64,000 nucleotides of DNA, from contig OX597816.1 of the NCBI GenBank assembly GCA_951406725.2, forward strand, positions 136,586,001 through 136,650,000. Direction: 5' to 3'. Positions 25,361 through 37,873 of the stretch are shown in pieces. Numbering within the stretch: position 1 is the first letter of the stretch; each line of letters starts with the position of its first letter. The position numbers were made by a program, and so were the translations under genes. The notes below the pieces were generated by a model. It made no database searches, was not told where the DNA came from, and was given only the letters and a program-made list of their open reading frames with translations. Source of the stretch: Octopus vulgaris. Taxonomy: Eukaryota.

Positions 25361-25447
<87 letters not shown>

Positions 25448-25664
25448 TACGACAGGCTTCTTTCAGTTTCTGTCTACCAAATCCACTCACAAGGCTTTGG
25501 TCGGCCCGGAGCTATAGTAGAAGACACTTACCCAAGGTGCCACGCAGTGGGACTGAACCCAGAACCATGTGGCTGGTTAGCAAGCTACTTACCACACAGA
25601 CTAAAAGTTCTTCAAAGCGGTGCCTCAGGATGGCTGCAGTCTAATGACTGAAACAAGTAAAAGA
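24828..25664. mobile_element. CORE-like tRNA SINE (+) interrupted by a younger antisense copy of the same family (25150-25598)
   Basis: The host breaks at ...gtactgggtttggttcatt and resumes at gactaaaagttcttcaaagcggtgcc; the inner copy is CpG-rich and near full length. Confidence 0.85.
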
Positions 25665-25667
25665 TGA

Positions 25668-26074
25668 TGACAAGTGACCGAGACCTTTGTCAATATGCCG
25701 TGCTTGAAAAGAGTAATCAAGCCAAATTGTAGTTGTGGCCAATGCTGGTATCACATAACTGGCACCAATGCCAGTGACACATAAAAAGCACCCTTCGAAC
25801 GTTGGGCCTCAGGGAGGCAAGGACAAGTGACTGGAACCTTTGGCAATATGCCGTGCTTGGTAAGAGCCATCAAGTCAAGTGAAATCATAGTTGTGGCTGA
25901 TGCCAGTGGCATGTAAAAGGCACCTATTACATTCTTGGGAGTGGTTGGTGTCAGGAAGGGCATCCAACCACAGAAACCATGCCAAATCCAACCGGAACTT
26001 GGTACAGCTCTCTGACTTACCAGTTTCAGTCAAACCATCTGACTCATACCAGCATGGCAAGCAGATGCTAAATA

Positions 26075-26092
<18 letters not shown>
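25668..26092 (+). mobile_element. RTE LINE 3' end with a duplicated ORF-terminal segment
   Basis: gacaagtgac..gacctttg.caatatgccgtgcttg (TSDRDLWQYAVLEK-like) occurs twice, then the 3' UTR and (gat)n. Confidence 0.75.
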
Positions 26093-26106
<14 letters not shown>

Positions 26107-27299
26107 GGTGGCGGTGGCGGTGACGACGACGACAACAATGCAGTAGCAGCAGCATTGCTATTTCAGAAAACGAAAAATAGTTTCAGCATTTCGTAGTAAA
26201 ACGTAGTACTACACTTTGGCAGTTTTTGATATCTTGGCATCTGACGCAGCTGGTGATATGCTAGGTTGACCAAAAGAACCAGCTGTTGCAAGCAAAAATA
26301 AATATTGAAAGAAAATGCATTTGGCCAAATTTGGACATACAATAGTTTAACATAATAGCGACGATATATATATGACAGGTTTCTTTCAGTTTCCATCTAC
26401 CAAATCCACTCACAAGCTTTTGCTGGGCCTGAAGCTGTAGTACAAGACACTTGCCTAGTGTTCCACACAGTGGGACTGAACCCAGAACGGTGTGGTTAGG
26501 AAGCAAGCCTCTAAGTACACTGCTATGCCTGCACCTGCATTTAAATTATGTCTTTATTTCTCTGTAGTGTTACTATGATACTAACAGACTGACCATATTT
26601 TCATTTAATGTATTGTGTTTCTCAGCGATAGAAATCAGAATTATGTGAATAACATGCTGAATATGAAACACACAATAATATTTCCATTCATTCTGATTTA
26701 ATATTATTCAATAGTAAATTTGATAGTAAATTTATAGTATTCTATGTAACACCAGGGTTGAGAGATAATCGAACTCTTTAGCATTTAAACTGGCCAGATC
26801 TGGACTCTCACACCTTGTTTACAATGTCATTCTAAAAATAAGCAATCACATCATTGAAATCTCAAAGCTACAATATTATAATGTATGAGTAATTCAAAAC
26901 AATGAGAAGAGATAAAGCACCACATTTGACAGTGCAGACTGAATGCTAATGGGTTAACTATAACTGAGTGGAATGTAGGTGTTCTTTGTCCTTTATTGTT
27001 TTATTGCCATTTACCAATTGTTTCGGCACACTGGAACTTTTATTTGTTTATGATTTATTTTAATGATCATGGGTAAGGCTGTGTTGTTAAGAAGCTGGCA
27101 TTGCAACCATGTAGATTTAGGTTCAGTCCCACTGTATGGCACCTTGGACAAGTCTCTTCTGCATCATCAGACCAACCAATTCCTTGTGGGTGAATATGGT
27201 AGATGGAAACTGTGGAATCATGCCATATGTGTGTGCATATCTATAAAGAGTGTGTCAGGTTTTTTAGGTCATTTGTATGAATGTAGAAGATGCTTAGCT

Positions 27300-27518
27300 C
27301 AGTGGTTTTCAACCAGGGTTCCGCAGAACCTTAGGGTTCTGACAGTACAGTCCAGGGGTTCCACAAGAAGTTACAAAACTGTTAAAATCGGCAGTAATTT
27401 TCAATTCTCCTATGCAGATATGTGTGCATAAGACTATTAAATTATTGCACAGGGGTTCCTCGAGCCAGTGGAATGTTTCCTTGGGGTTCCGCTCCAGCAA
27501 AAATGTTGAAAAGCACTG
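27300..27518. mobile_element. hAT-type MITE
   Basis: TIRs CAGTGGTTTTCAAC / GTTGAAAAGCACTG with a perfect 8-bp TSD GCTTAGCT. Confidence 0.9.
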
Positions 27519-28336
27519 GCTTAGCTCATCGATGAAAAGTTATATTTGAAAACAAATTGGTACAAATAATCTTGAGAATTCATTTATCACACCTATTCAG
27601 AGACTCCACTGTTGGCATCAGTGGCTGCTTCATTACAGGGTCAGAAGCATTGACTTACCCAGTTCGGCTGTGCTTTTTCATTTGCTGAGTCAACCTCATG
27701 TCTGACATTATCTGAAAAATAAGGTAAAAACAAATAAGTTAGAAAGAAGGTGCTAGCGTGGAAAACGGACGTTAAACGATGATGATGAAAGAGCTTTTGA
27801 AAGAGGTGTCCTCTACAAAAACTGATACACTCTGTTTGTGTGTGTGTGTGTGTTTATACATACACACATGTATGTATGTCTTTGTGTTTGCCCCTCCATC
27901 ATCACTTTATTTCATTCAATTTGCCATCAAGGCATTACATAGAAGTAGTAGCTGCAGGCTGGACAATAACATTAATGAGATGAATGATGAAAATAAAATG
28001 GTATTAATGAGGGAAGGCAGAAGACACCCGCCGATCTCTGCTTCTCTAAAACATCCACCATCACTTGGCAACTGGTATTCATTTGTTTACATCTTTATAA
28101 CTTAGCAGTTCAAGAAAAGATCCCAATAGAATGAGTACTGAAGTCAATTTGTTCAACTAGACCCTTCAAAGCAGTGCCCCAGCTACAGTTCAATGACTGA
28201 AACAAATAAAAAGAATTACCACACAGACTAAAAGTTCTTTTCACTTGTAGGTAGGGGAAAAAAAAAAGAATATTTCAGGTTGTTCTTTAGCCAACTATAG
28301 TCACCCCTTCTTTCCTACCAGGAGGTTTATTTAGAA

Positions 28337-28578
28337 GAGTGCTTCTCAACCAGGATCCATATAAGATTTTGCTGTTAAAATTTATCTGTATTAAGTTGCA
28401 TATTACATTTACAATATGCAAAATATTTTAAGTTTTTTTCATACAATTCCTAAAAATATTTAATCATAAAAATACCTTAGGATTTTTTTTTATACATGTA
28501 TTGAATAGCTATGGAGATCCAGTAAATTAAAATAGGAATCAAAGGGGCCCATAGGCAAAAAATGGTTGAGAACCACAG
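28337..28578 (+). mobile_element. hAT-type MITE, degraded
   Basis: agtgcttctcaacc ... ggttgagaaccacag. Confidence 0.7.
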
Positions 28579-29197
28579 AATTATAACTACATTATCTAAT
28601 GTACCTCTCCTTTTCTTTCTTTCTTTTTTTTTTTTTTTTTTAAGTGTTTAAGCTAAAATTCGAGGAAGATTTATTGCTGATCAAGTGACAGGCTCTTTTT
28701 TTGGTTCATGTTTTGTCCATAGTTAGATTAGAACTCAGTATTGTAAAGAAAGCGAAATGTTTATGTGTTAAACTTGTTTGTGGTACAAAAACTCGAGGAT
28801 TAAGATGTCACATTCTTAAAACATATCTCTTATTCAAAATTCTTCGAGTCTCTAGAATTGCAATAATAGCGAATGAAAATATCTGCTAGCATTAAGAATT
28901 TTTTAGTTTCATTGACTCTGGTGATTGTAGAAGAGTTGTCATCACTACCATCACCATGACAACATATCACCAATGCACCGATTCTTCTGTCCCCACAAAA
29001 AAATTTCACCAACATTACAACTATCACTACTAACACTGTTGTCAGTCAATGCGACATCAACAGTAAATAGCCCATGTCTCATTCTCTTTATTTGCTGTTT
29101 GTTTAAAAAATTTTTTTTATTGTAGTTTAATTATTAATAATTTTTTAGTTTACAGGTTATTAAGACATTTGTATGTGCATATATGTGTATGTATCAG

Positions 29198-29263
<66 letters not shown>

Positions 29264-30054
29264 ATGTATGTGCCTAGTTAGATTAAATTACATAGTTACA
29301 CAGACAGATTAGATAGCTTGATAATTATATACATGAGATGAGATTGATAAATAAGTTAGCTAGTCACACAGACAGCTAGATGGATGGACGGACGGACGGA
29401 CGGACGGACGGACGGACAGACAGACAGACAGACAGATAAAATTCACTTGCCATTGATATTTTCATTAGTTATAACATGTATGGAAGCCCAGCTTCTGTTT
29501 ATTGGTTCATCTCACAGTTAACTCTAACCACTTAGCCAAGACAATTAATTCTGTGTTTTCAAGCAAGCCAAAATTTAATCTTAAATAGAAGTTATATAAT
29601 TATTTCCCATTTTTCACATGTGCAGCTTTAACCTGTTACATGGTGACAGCAAATACTCTAGTTAAGTGATGGATTTAATATGTTACCTGGTTTAATATCA
29701 TCACCACCTGGCCCTTGGATGTCTTTAGCTTCAGGATAACTATGTCCTGTTCATCCAGTCTTAGAGACCTTGTAAAGAGGCCTCAAGCATTGTGCTTCCT
29801 TCCTGACTGTGTGTGTATGTGTGTGCACGTCCATGCGTGTGGGTGTGTATTTGTGTGTGCGTGTGTGCATGCATTCTGTCAACCAAAATTACTTTAAATG
29901 CATAAGTCAGTAGTAGAATGCTCACCTGGGTGCCATGCTGTAGGTTTGAACCCACAATTATGTGATGTGTTTCTGAAACGAACTTCTGGACCACATAACC
30001 ATACATGTACCTATACACATTTATATATATACATATGTATAAATACATATATGT

Positions 30055-30342
30055 GTGCATGGCTCTATGGTTATAAAGCTTGCTTCCTAACTGGGTTTAC
30101 ACCTTAGGCAAGTGTCTTATACTATAACCCCAGACCTACCAAAGCCTTGGGAGTGGATTTTGGTACAGAGAAACTAAAAGAAACCTCTTGTGTGTGTGTG
30201 TTTTAGTGTCTCCTTGTCTTGACATCACTTGAAGCAGTTTCATTCATTTAGAGTATTTTGAAAGAACAGGTGAGGATTGGTGGTATAAAGGGGATCTAGC
30301 TGTAGAAAATCTGCTTCAAATAAACTTGGACGTTAAATAATG
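30055..30342 (+). mobile_element. CORE-like tRNA SINE with RTE-type tail, degraded
   Basis: ccttaggcaagtgtctt...gggatctagctgtagaaaatctgc...ggacgttaaa. Confidence 0.65.
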
Positions 30343-31119
30343 ATTAGATATATAATGCACAGCATATACATCAGAAGAACTGAAATAAATCTAAACATTA
30401 GAAAACCTCACTTTTGATTAGATATGTTATTGATATGGAAAAAACACAGAGAGGGAGTCTCTGATGGACTGTTTAATGATTTGTTTACTGTTCCTCAAAG
30501 ATAACATACTATGCTCTCTTCCTCAATCAACAACATAGGTTAGCTGCTTATACAAAGCTGTCATAAATAAGGCTAGCTCTGTTTTGGATTGTCTGATTTG
30601 CATATATATGCTTTTAACAGCTCGTCATTAAAGAATTAATGTTTTCTGAAAATATAGTGTAAAACAGATGTGAAATAAATTATGCATTACAAAGCCTCTT
30701 TGGGTTAAATAAAAATGTGAAGAAAAGAGAGGTACATAAGTATGTATGTTTCTGTGCGTGTATCATACTTAGGTGTATATCTATATGCACAAATGCAACG
30801 CACCCCTTTTAAACTACTCCACACACCACACACTTAGTTGGAAGGGGGCTTTTTTCTTTTTTCCTTTTCTTGATCTTTTCCTCCCTTACAAGTTACATGG
30901 CACCCAGTACACATTGTAGAGTAGTTAATTTTGGAGAAGGGTGCCCAGCCATAGAAACCATGCCAAAGCTGATGTCAGTGCTTTTGGTGCAGCCTTGTGG
31001 TTCACCAAAACATGTCAAACTGTCCAACCCACACCAGCAAGGAAAACAGCAGTTAAATGATGATGATGATGTATCCATTTCAGTTTATATTACTAGTTAT
31101 AGGTGTGTGTGTGATGATG

Positions 31120-31187
<68 letters not shown>

Positions 31188-31190
<3 letters not shown>

Positions 31191-31680
31191 TAGGAACGAA
31201 TTAAGTAAGGCATTTAAGAAAATCCTGCACACAACTGGCTTAAGATCAAAGTTGTAGAAACAACAGATAGGACTATCAAATCTAGTAAAATCATACCCAT
31301 TTGATAGAATCACGTGTCAGGATAATTGTGCAGTATGTTCTACAAAGCCACATATGAACTGTAAAAAGAAAAACACTCTATACCAGATTAAGTGCCAAGA
31401 AGGGGCTTGCGCGATTATCCCAGAGTAATATATTGATGAGACTTCTAGGAGCATCAGTGATAGGTTCAAAGAACACCTGGACAACTACACTGAAAGAAAA
31501 AAAACTCCATCTTCTATCAGCATGCTGTAGACTGCCACAATGGCTCCTGAAGGAGACTTAGGTTAGACATCTTATCTACACATCCCACTGATGCAATGCT
31601 GAGACAAGTCACTGAAGCTGCCTGTCATACAGGAGTACAAACCCACCCTTAACCGTAAATCCAAATGGGGTAACACCCAG
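31188..31680 (+). mobile_element. Penelope-like retroelement relic (Cys-rich linker plus GIY-YIG endonuclease)
   Basis: Manual translation: VKSYPFDRITCQDNCAVCSTKPHMNCKKKNTLYQIKCQEGACAIIPE*YIDETSRSISDRFKEH...SIFYQHAVDCHNG...DAMLRQVTEAA..QEYKPTLNRKSKWGN, with stops and frameshifts. Confidence 0.85.
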
Positions 31681-31894
31681 ATTCTACTCCCATCTATAAT
31701 CACCCCTTTCTCTCATTTACATGTAGAAATCCATACATGTTGAGATGCATGATACTGGAATATATTTAGTTATATATAATCGTATGAGTGTACATAGATT
31801 AATACGTATATATGTGTAGATGTATGTGTACATGTGTCTGTATGTGTTGTGTGTTGTATGAGTATACATGCATGCACGAATGAGTGTGTGTATG

Positions 31895-31958
<64 letters not shown>

Positions 31959-32281
31959 AATAAGAATAATATTAAAAAAGGAGGAAAAAAGCAAATTTGG
32001 ATTTTAACCGTCATCCGCGAAAATAGTGACATATGTGTAGATGGATAAGTGTATATGTGCGTGTACTACAAGATTATACGTATATATGTGAGTGTATTAT
32101 AAGTGTGTATATGATTGTGTGTGCTTGTCTATATGTATAGGTAGGTTTATATTTACAAGTATGTATCTAAGACATTGTATCCATTCACCGTTAGACGGTG
32201 ATGAGAGGGACACACACACATGTATATATGTATATATATATATATATGTGTGTGTGTGTACGTATATACAACCTTCGACAA

Positions 32282-32478
32282 AGTAACGGAATTGTCAGTG
32301 ATTAGGTCGCGGTCTCAAAGCGACGAAAATATTTTGGCAAATTAAATTTAAATGTTGAAGTGAATCTAACAGCTTTTGTGTGTTTTAAGTGGCTTATAAA
32401 CACCTACGCTACAATTGTTTTTGTTTCAGCTCATGATCTCAGATCAGGTCACTTGCTATGCAAGTACATCTCCGTAAT
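32282..32478. mobile_element. Unclassified CpG-containing interspersed repeat fragment
   Basis: Sharp compositional change between microsatellites; short inverted ends (taacgga / tccgtaa). Confidence 0.4.
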
Positions 32479-32481
32479 ATG

Positions 32482-32512
<31 letters not shown>

Positions 32513-34439
32513 CTCTTTCCAGGGATTTGAGAAAAGCTTGTCACTTGATTGGGGTTTATGTAGTCAGAAAGCAGTGACGGGGTTTTAACTAATTCTCCTT
32601 CAAATACTATTTGTTTTAGGCAAATTAGTAAACGCTCCCACACACATACATACACACAAGAAAAAGAAAAGAAGATATCAGAGAATATTCTAATGGCTCC
32701 TCCTTCTAAACATACACCCCCTCTCCTCCTCCTCCCCCACCTACTCCCACTAGATTTCAGTTTCCTTTACACAGAATCAACAACCTATTTCAGTTCGGTT
32801 TCCTGTCTCACAAGTTTATTCATCTCTCTCGTGTACTCTTAGATATTTCATTTCTTTCAATGATTATAAATAGCTAGCCATCTTTTATAAATATAGCTTC
32901 ATCTCTTTTCCACCTCCCCCCCACATACACCTTCTCTATACATTCGCCGCTACACCATCATCCCCCTCTCTCTCCCTCTCTCTCCCATTGACACATATGT
33001 TTAGTGTTTATTTATAGGCTTAGCTCTCCTCTGTTTCCTGCTATCTAACCTATTATTGCTCAGGTCAGCTAATTTACACACCTATCTGCTCTTAGTTTGA
33101 TCAATCATCATTGAAGCCAGTTTAAATTTGCAGCTGCTTTTGCCCCCCACCCTTTTTTTTTATTTTTAAAAACTCTTTTCTAAATCTAAGGGAAAGATGT
33201 CGTTTCTATCTCCAGTCTTTCTTCTCAACCAACCTTGCTTAAATGTGGTTGAGGCTAGAGGCTCCTTAAAAGTAAGCACAAGAACCAAACAACAATGAAT
33301 AAATTATCTTAGATTTTGGCAGATGTCTGTGGTAGTATTAAATTAAGAAATAATTCATTATAGCTTAAATAATTGTTTACTTTTCAAGCTGCGTCTTCCA
33401 TCACGACCACCACTGCTGCCCCAGCTTATACTACTACTGCTGCTGCTTATACTACTACTACTACTACTACCACCACCACCACCACTACTACAATCACCAC
33501 CACTGCTACTACTATAGTTACTGTTTTCCTGAACTGGCTAGTTGTCTACCACTTCTGCCTTGTCCCACTAAACACATCAATCTTTTCTCCTTTTGCCATC
33601 TCAAATCATCACTTACCAATCCTTCCTCCCCTTGACATTAACCCCCTGGAATAGAATTCCCCACCACCACCACCGCACCACATACACCTATAATTTTTCC
33701 AGCAGACATTAATTTACAAATGTTGAAGATGAATATAAATGCAGAGTAGAGGAAGGTTCCATAGGTCAGAGGTATTGCTCCTTTCTACCTAACACATAAA
33801 AATGGTCACAATTAGTGTCTTGATTGTTACAATTAAGGTTAATCTCTGTTGCCAATAAGGAAATAGAAACGTGAATCAGTGTTTAATAACTTTTAGCAGC
33901 ATTGGTTATAAACATCTGCAAGAAAGACATTTAATGGATGATATATTGGTTATGTGACTGTCTCTTTCTTCCTTCAGTTGTATCACTCATAGTTTTATCT
34001 TAACCCTCTAGCTTTCTGATTATTCTATTAAGTGTAATGTTTATTTATTCACATTGTTTTGAATTAATCATGCATTATCTTGCAGCTTCAAGATTTTGGT
34101 GATGCAATTGTTTATTTTTGAAATAACATTTTAGGGTAGGTGTGAAAGATCTAGCCAAGTTTAAACATAAAACAGGTAGATTATCTGGGCCAGATATGGC
34201 CAGTTTAAATGTTGATGTGTTAAGGATGTCAAGAAGCAGATGATATCATGTTTGTTACTTGACTGCAGTTTTGTCAGTAACATGGTAAAATGATATCACT
34301 AATATCATTGTTATCAATAACTAAATGATATCATTAAAAAAAACAGCAATTGCAAATGTTTAAGATTTTAACAAGAGATATCAAAGATATATATATATAT
34401 TAGTTAAATGCGTAGCCGTATTTCGTCTGCTGTTACGTA

Positions 34440-34672
34440 AAGGCGGCGAGCTGGCAGAAACGTTAGCACGCCGGGCGAAATGCGTAGCCGTATTTCGTCT
34501 GCTGTTACGTCCTGAGTTCAAATTCCGCCGAGGTCGACTTTGCCTTTCATCCTTTCGGGGTCGATTAAATAAGTACCAGTTACCCACTGGGGTCGATGTA
34601 ATCGACTTAATCCGTTTGTCTGTCTTTGTTTGTCCCCTCTGTGTTTAGCCCCTTGTGGGTAGTAAAGAAATA
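34440..34672 (+). mobile_element. Young full-length Nin/Deu-domain tRNA SINE
   Basis: A-box-like ggcgagctggcagaa, B-box gagttcaaattcc, domain gcctttcatcctttcggggtcgattaaataagtaccag; CpGs intact. Confidence 0.9.
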
Positions 34673-35306
34673 ATATATTAGTTAACCCATTTAAGTTTGA
34701 AAACTTAGTTTATCCTGTGATCAGAGCTTAATTGTTGAGATTAAGTATTTATTTATCTTTCAAACTAGTAAAATAAATAGTAAAATAGTACTTTGTACTT
34801 GTACAATAACAGTAAATTACTTGATATCATGTAATCAGATATCTCCATCAACACTTTATTTTTAATTCTTTAGTATACAGTATGATTTCCCAAGTTTATC
34901 AGTAGGCACCCACTGCCATCTCTCTCTCGCTCTCTCTCTCTCTCCCTCCCTGTCTCCTCATAATATTAATATTGTTATTAGTTGAATGTTACTGATAGTC
35001 TTAGTTTAAAATATCTGGGCTATCCTCATTTAGGAAACAGGAAAATGAACAGGAATATCACTGCTATCAGTACTTGGGAATGAAAGGGGTCTTATCTAGG
35101 TGATATCAGACATATTTCTGTGTGATGTATCAGAATTATCATGGGGAGTGGAGGGGGTTTCTTTGATATGAACTAGATGGTTTTTAACAGATGTTACTGT
35201 GTAAGAAAGGTATCAGGCAATGTCACTGTACAGCATCAAGGATTTCAACTAGCAGAATGAGTTCAAAGATATTACAGTCTCATATCAAGAATATTACTTT
35301 TGTGTG

Positions 35307-35672
35307 GAGGCGCAATGGCCCAGTGGTTAGGGCAGCAGACTCGCGGTCGTAGGATTGCGGTTTCGATTCCCAGACCGGGTGTTGTGAGTGTTTATTGAGC
35401 GAAAACACCTAAAAGCTCCACAAGGCTCCGGCAGGGATGGTGGTGATCCCTGCTGTACTCTTTCACCACAACTTTCTCTCACTCTTACTTCCTGTATTTC
35501 AAAGGGCCGGCCTTGTCACTCTCTGTGTCACGCTGAATATCCCCGAGAACTACGTTAAGGGTACACGTGTCTGTGGAGTGCTCAGCCACTTACACGTTAA
35601 TTTCACGAGCAGGCTGTTCCGTTGATCGGATCAACCGGAACCCTCGTCGTCGTAACCGACGGAGTGCTTCCA
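35307..35672 (+). mobile_element. tRNA-Arg-like SINE (possibly an octopus OR-type family)
   Basis: ggcgcaatggcccagtggttagggcagcagacTCGcgg...ggtttcgattccc head (A/B boxes, TCG at the anticodon-like position); flanked by a repeated attacttttgtg (TSD-like). Confidence 0.85.
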
Positions 35673-36360
35673 TCATTACTTTTGTGCAATCAGATATTTT
35701 AATCCCCATAGCAATAAATGCAGACTTGTCTGAGTAGTTGAGAGCTCCACTTAGAAAGTAATTGGTTTTGGGTTCAGTTCATCTCCTTAATAAAATCTCT
35801 AGCAAGTGTCTTTTACTATATTCTACTGTAGCAACAGGTTGACAAATGTCACGTGAACACATTTGATATGTAAAAACTGTGTGTGTGCATGTGCATGCAA
35901 ACATGTGTATGTACATGTTTGTCTCTCCTACTAGCTTGTCTTTGTGTTGATTTATTTACTTCCCCAATGAGGTCAGTTAAACTTTTCAATGCAATGCCCC
36001 AGCATGACCTTAGTCCAGTGGCTGAAGCCAGTTACAGAGTATATCAGATATATGTGAGGTATCTAAGATTTAGGATATCACATTGGGTGGGTATCAATGA
36101 TAATTACTAACTAGATATCAGAAGTATCTGGAATACAAGTATATCAGGGGTAATACAATGTTGTGTACCAGGAATATTGTGTAGGGATCAAGGATTTTAA
36201 CCCTTCAACATTTAAACTGGCCATATCCGACTCAAGTATTTTACATGTTTTATATTCAAACTGGCCAGATTCAGTCCCTCTCACCTTCCCAACAATGTCA
36301 TTCTAAAAATAAACAATATTGTTGAAATCTCATAGCTATGAGATAATGCATAATCAATTA

Positions 36361-36612
36361 TACTGAAGAGATGATATGGTGGAAGCTACTGAGGGGTAGA
36401 TGTAGTGGAAACTGTACTGAAGGAGAGGTCTGGTGGAAACTACTGGTGCAAGCTATTGAAGGGATGATATAGTGGAAAACAGCGAGGGGTAGTTGTAGTG
36501 GAAACTGTATTGAAGGGATGATGTAGTGGAAAATAGCAAGAGGTAGATGTAATGAAAATTATTGAGTGGGAAGAGGTATGGTGGAAGATACTGAGGGAGA
36601 GATCTGGTACTG
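36361..36612. repeat. Purine-rich ~26-28-bp degenerate minisatellite
   Basis: Units like tactgaagggatgatgtagtggaaa(ac), about 9 copies. Confidence 0.8.
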
Positions 36613-36895
36613 ACTATAGTAAAAGGGTAACTACAAAAAGCAGAAGCAGAGTATTTGTAAACCTCTCGGCATTAGTTTTTTGGGTTTTTTTCAAATAGAC
36701 AACCAGAATTTGTTCAACTATTTCCACTCACTACTTACATTTACCCTCTAATATTATCAAAATATCGCCGATATTCAATTTTATTGATTTCCAGAAGAAA
36801 TGCTTCTAATTCATGCCTTTGATCTCAGATGTTGTTCTGTAATTTATTATTATATTGCATATTCTATATTTTGTTTTATATTTCTTTTATTACAG

Positions 36896-37007
36896 CGCAT
36901 TTGGAATTGCTTCCAAATGTACTATGCCTGCATTTCGGATGCATTTACGAGCCCATGGATGTATCACTAAAATATTCACTGCTTTGCACGATGCCTCTTC
37001 CAATCCT
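36896..37007 (+). CDS. WAPL: WAPL internal coding exon (phase 2 to 0)
   Basis: tacag| acceptor and |gtaagt donor; 112 nt; encodes (S)AFGIASKCTMPAFRMHLRAHGCITKIFTALHDASSNP, matching the conserved WAPL motif KCAMPSFRMHLRAHG. Confidence 0.93.
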
Positions 37008-37303
37008 GTAAGTGTAAATATATATATATATATATATACATATATTGTTTTTTTCATATATCTGTGCGGGAGTGGAGGGGGGAAAAGAAAGTTTTCTTCA
37101 AACAATCTTCACTTTTAACTTCAATGTATTGCAGCTCAGTTAAGAACTTCACCATTTTTAATTCATTTTTGCAAAAATGGTTATTCTGGTAATCTCTTTC
37201 TTTTCAGAATTAATCAAGTTTTTTTTTCCTTCTTATTGGTACATGGCTACACAAGAATCACATGAAAATTCATGAGGCATTCTGCATTTAATATATATAT
37301 ATA

Positions 37304-37873
37304 ATTATTTAATAAACACAATATATGTTTTTATGTGCTACTATTAGTTTCATATGTTGAGAACATGCCAAACATTGTTTTATAACATGTCTGGTATCCC
37401 AGCACAATCATCAGGCACTGCCCTCATGGCATAACAAACTAAAAAGAGGGTGAGAGAAAAGCGAGAATGAATTTGCCATAGAAAGCCTAGTGCAGAGGTA
37501 TATAGTGTAATGTTCCATAATGGTAAGATCAACAAAAAAAGTGCTCCATCTGGTGGGAGATAAATATTATTTTATAAACACAGTATGTTTTTTTTTTGTA
37601 CTACTATTAGCTTTCTGCTTGGCTTTCTACTGCAAATTCATTCTCACTTTTTTTTTTCCCAAACCCCATTTTTAGCTTGTTGTGCCATGTGGGCAGTATC
37701 AGATGATTGTGCTGGGACATCAGACATGTTATAAAGCAATGTTTGGTATGTTCTCAGCCTATGAAACTAATAGTAACACATAGAAATATATATTGTATTT
37801 ATCAAATAATATTTATCTCCCAGTTGGAGTCCTTTTTTTGTTGATCTTACCATCACAGAACAGTACACTATAC
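37304..37873. repeat. Complex inverted duplication just downstream of a WAPL exon
   Basis: 37304-37497 pairs with 37613-37812, and 37498-37575 pairs with 37805-37873. Confidence 0.85.

Noticed and set aside
27527-27716. Possible intronic C/D box snoRNA (GATGA...CTGA)
   Set aside because: The C box is non-canonical, and I see no terminal stem or recognisable guide sequence.
35307-35385. Functional tRNA-Arg gene
   Set aside because: No proper acceptor stem or cloverleaf; it continues into a SINE body present in several copies.
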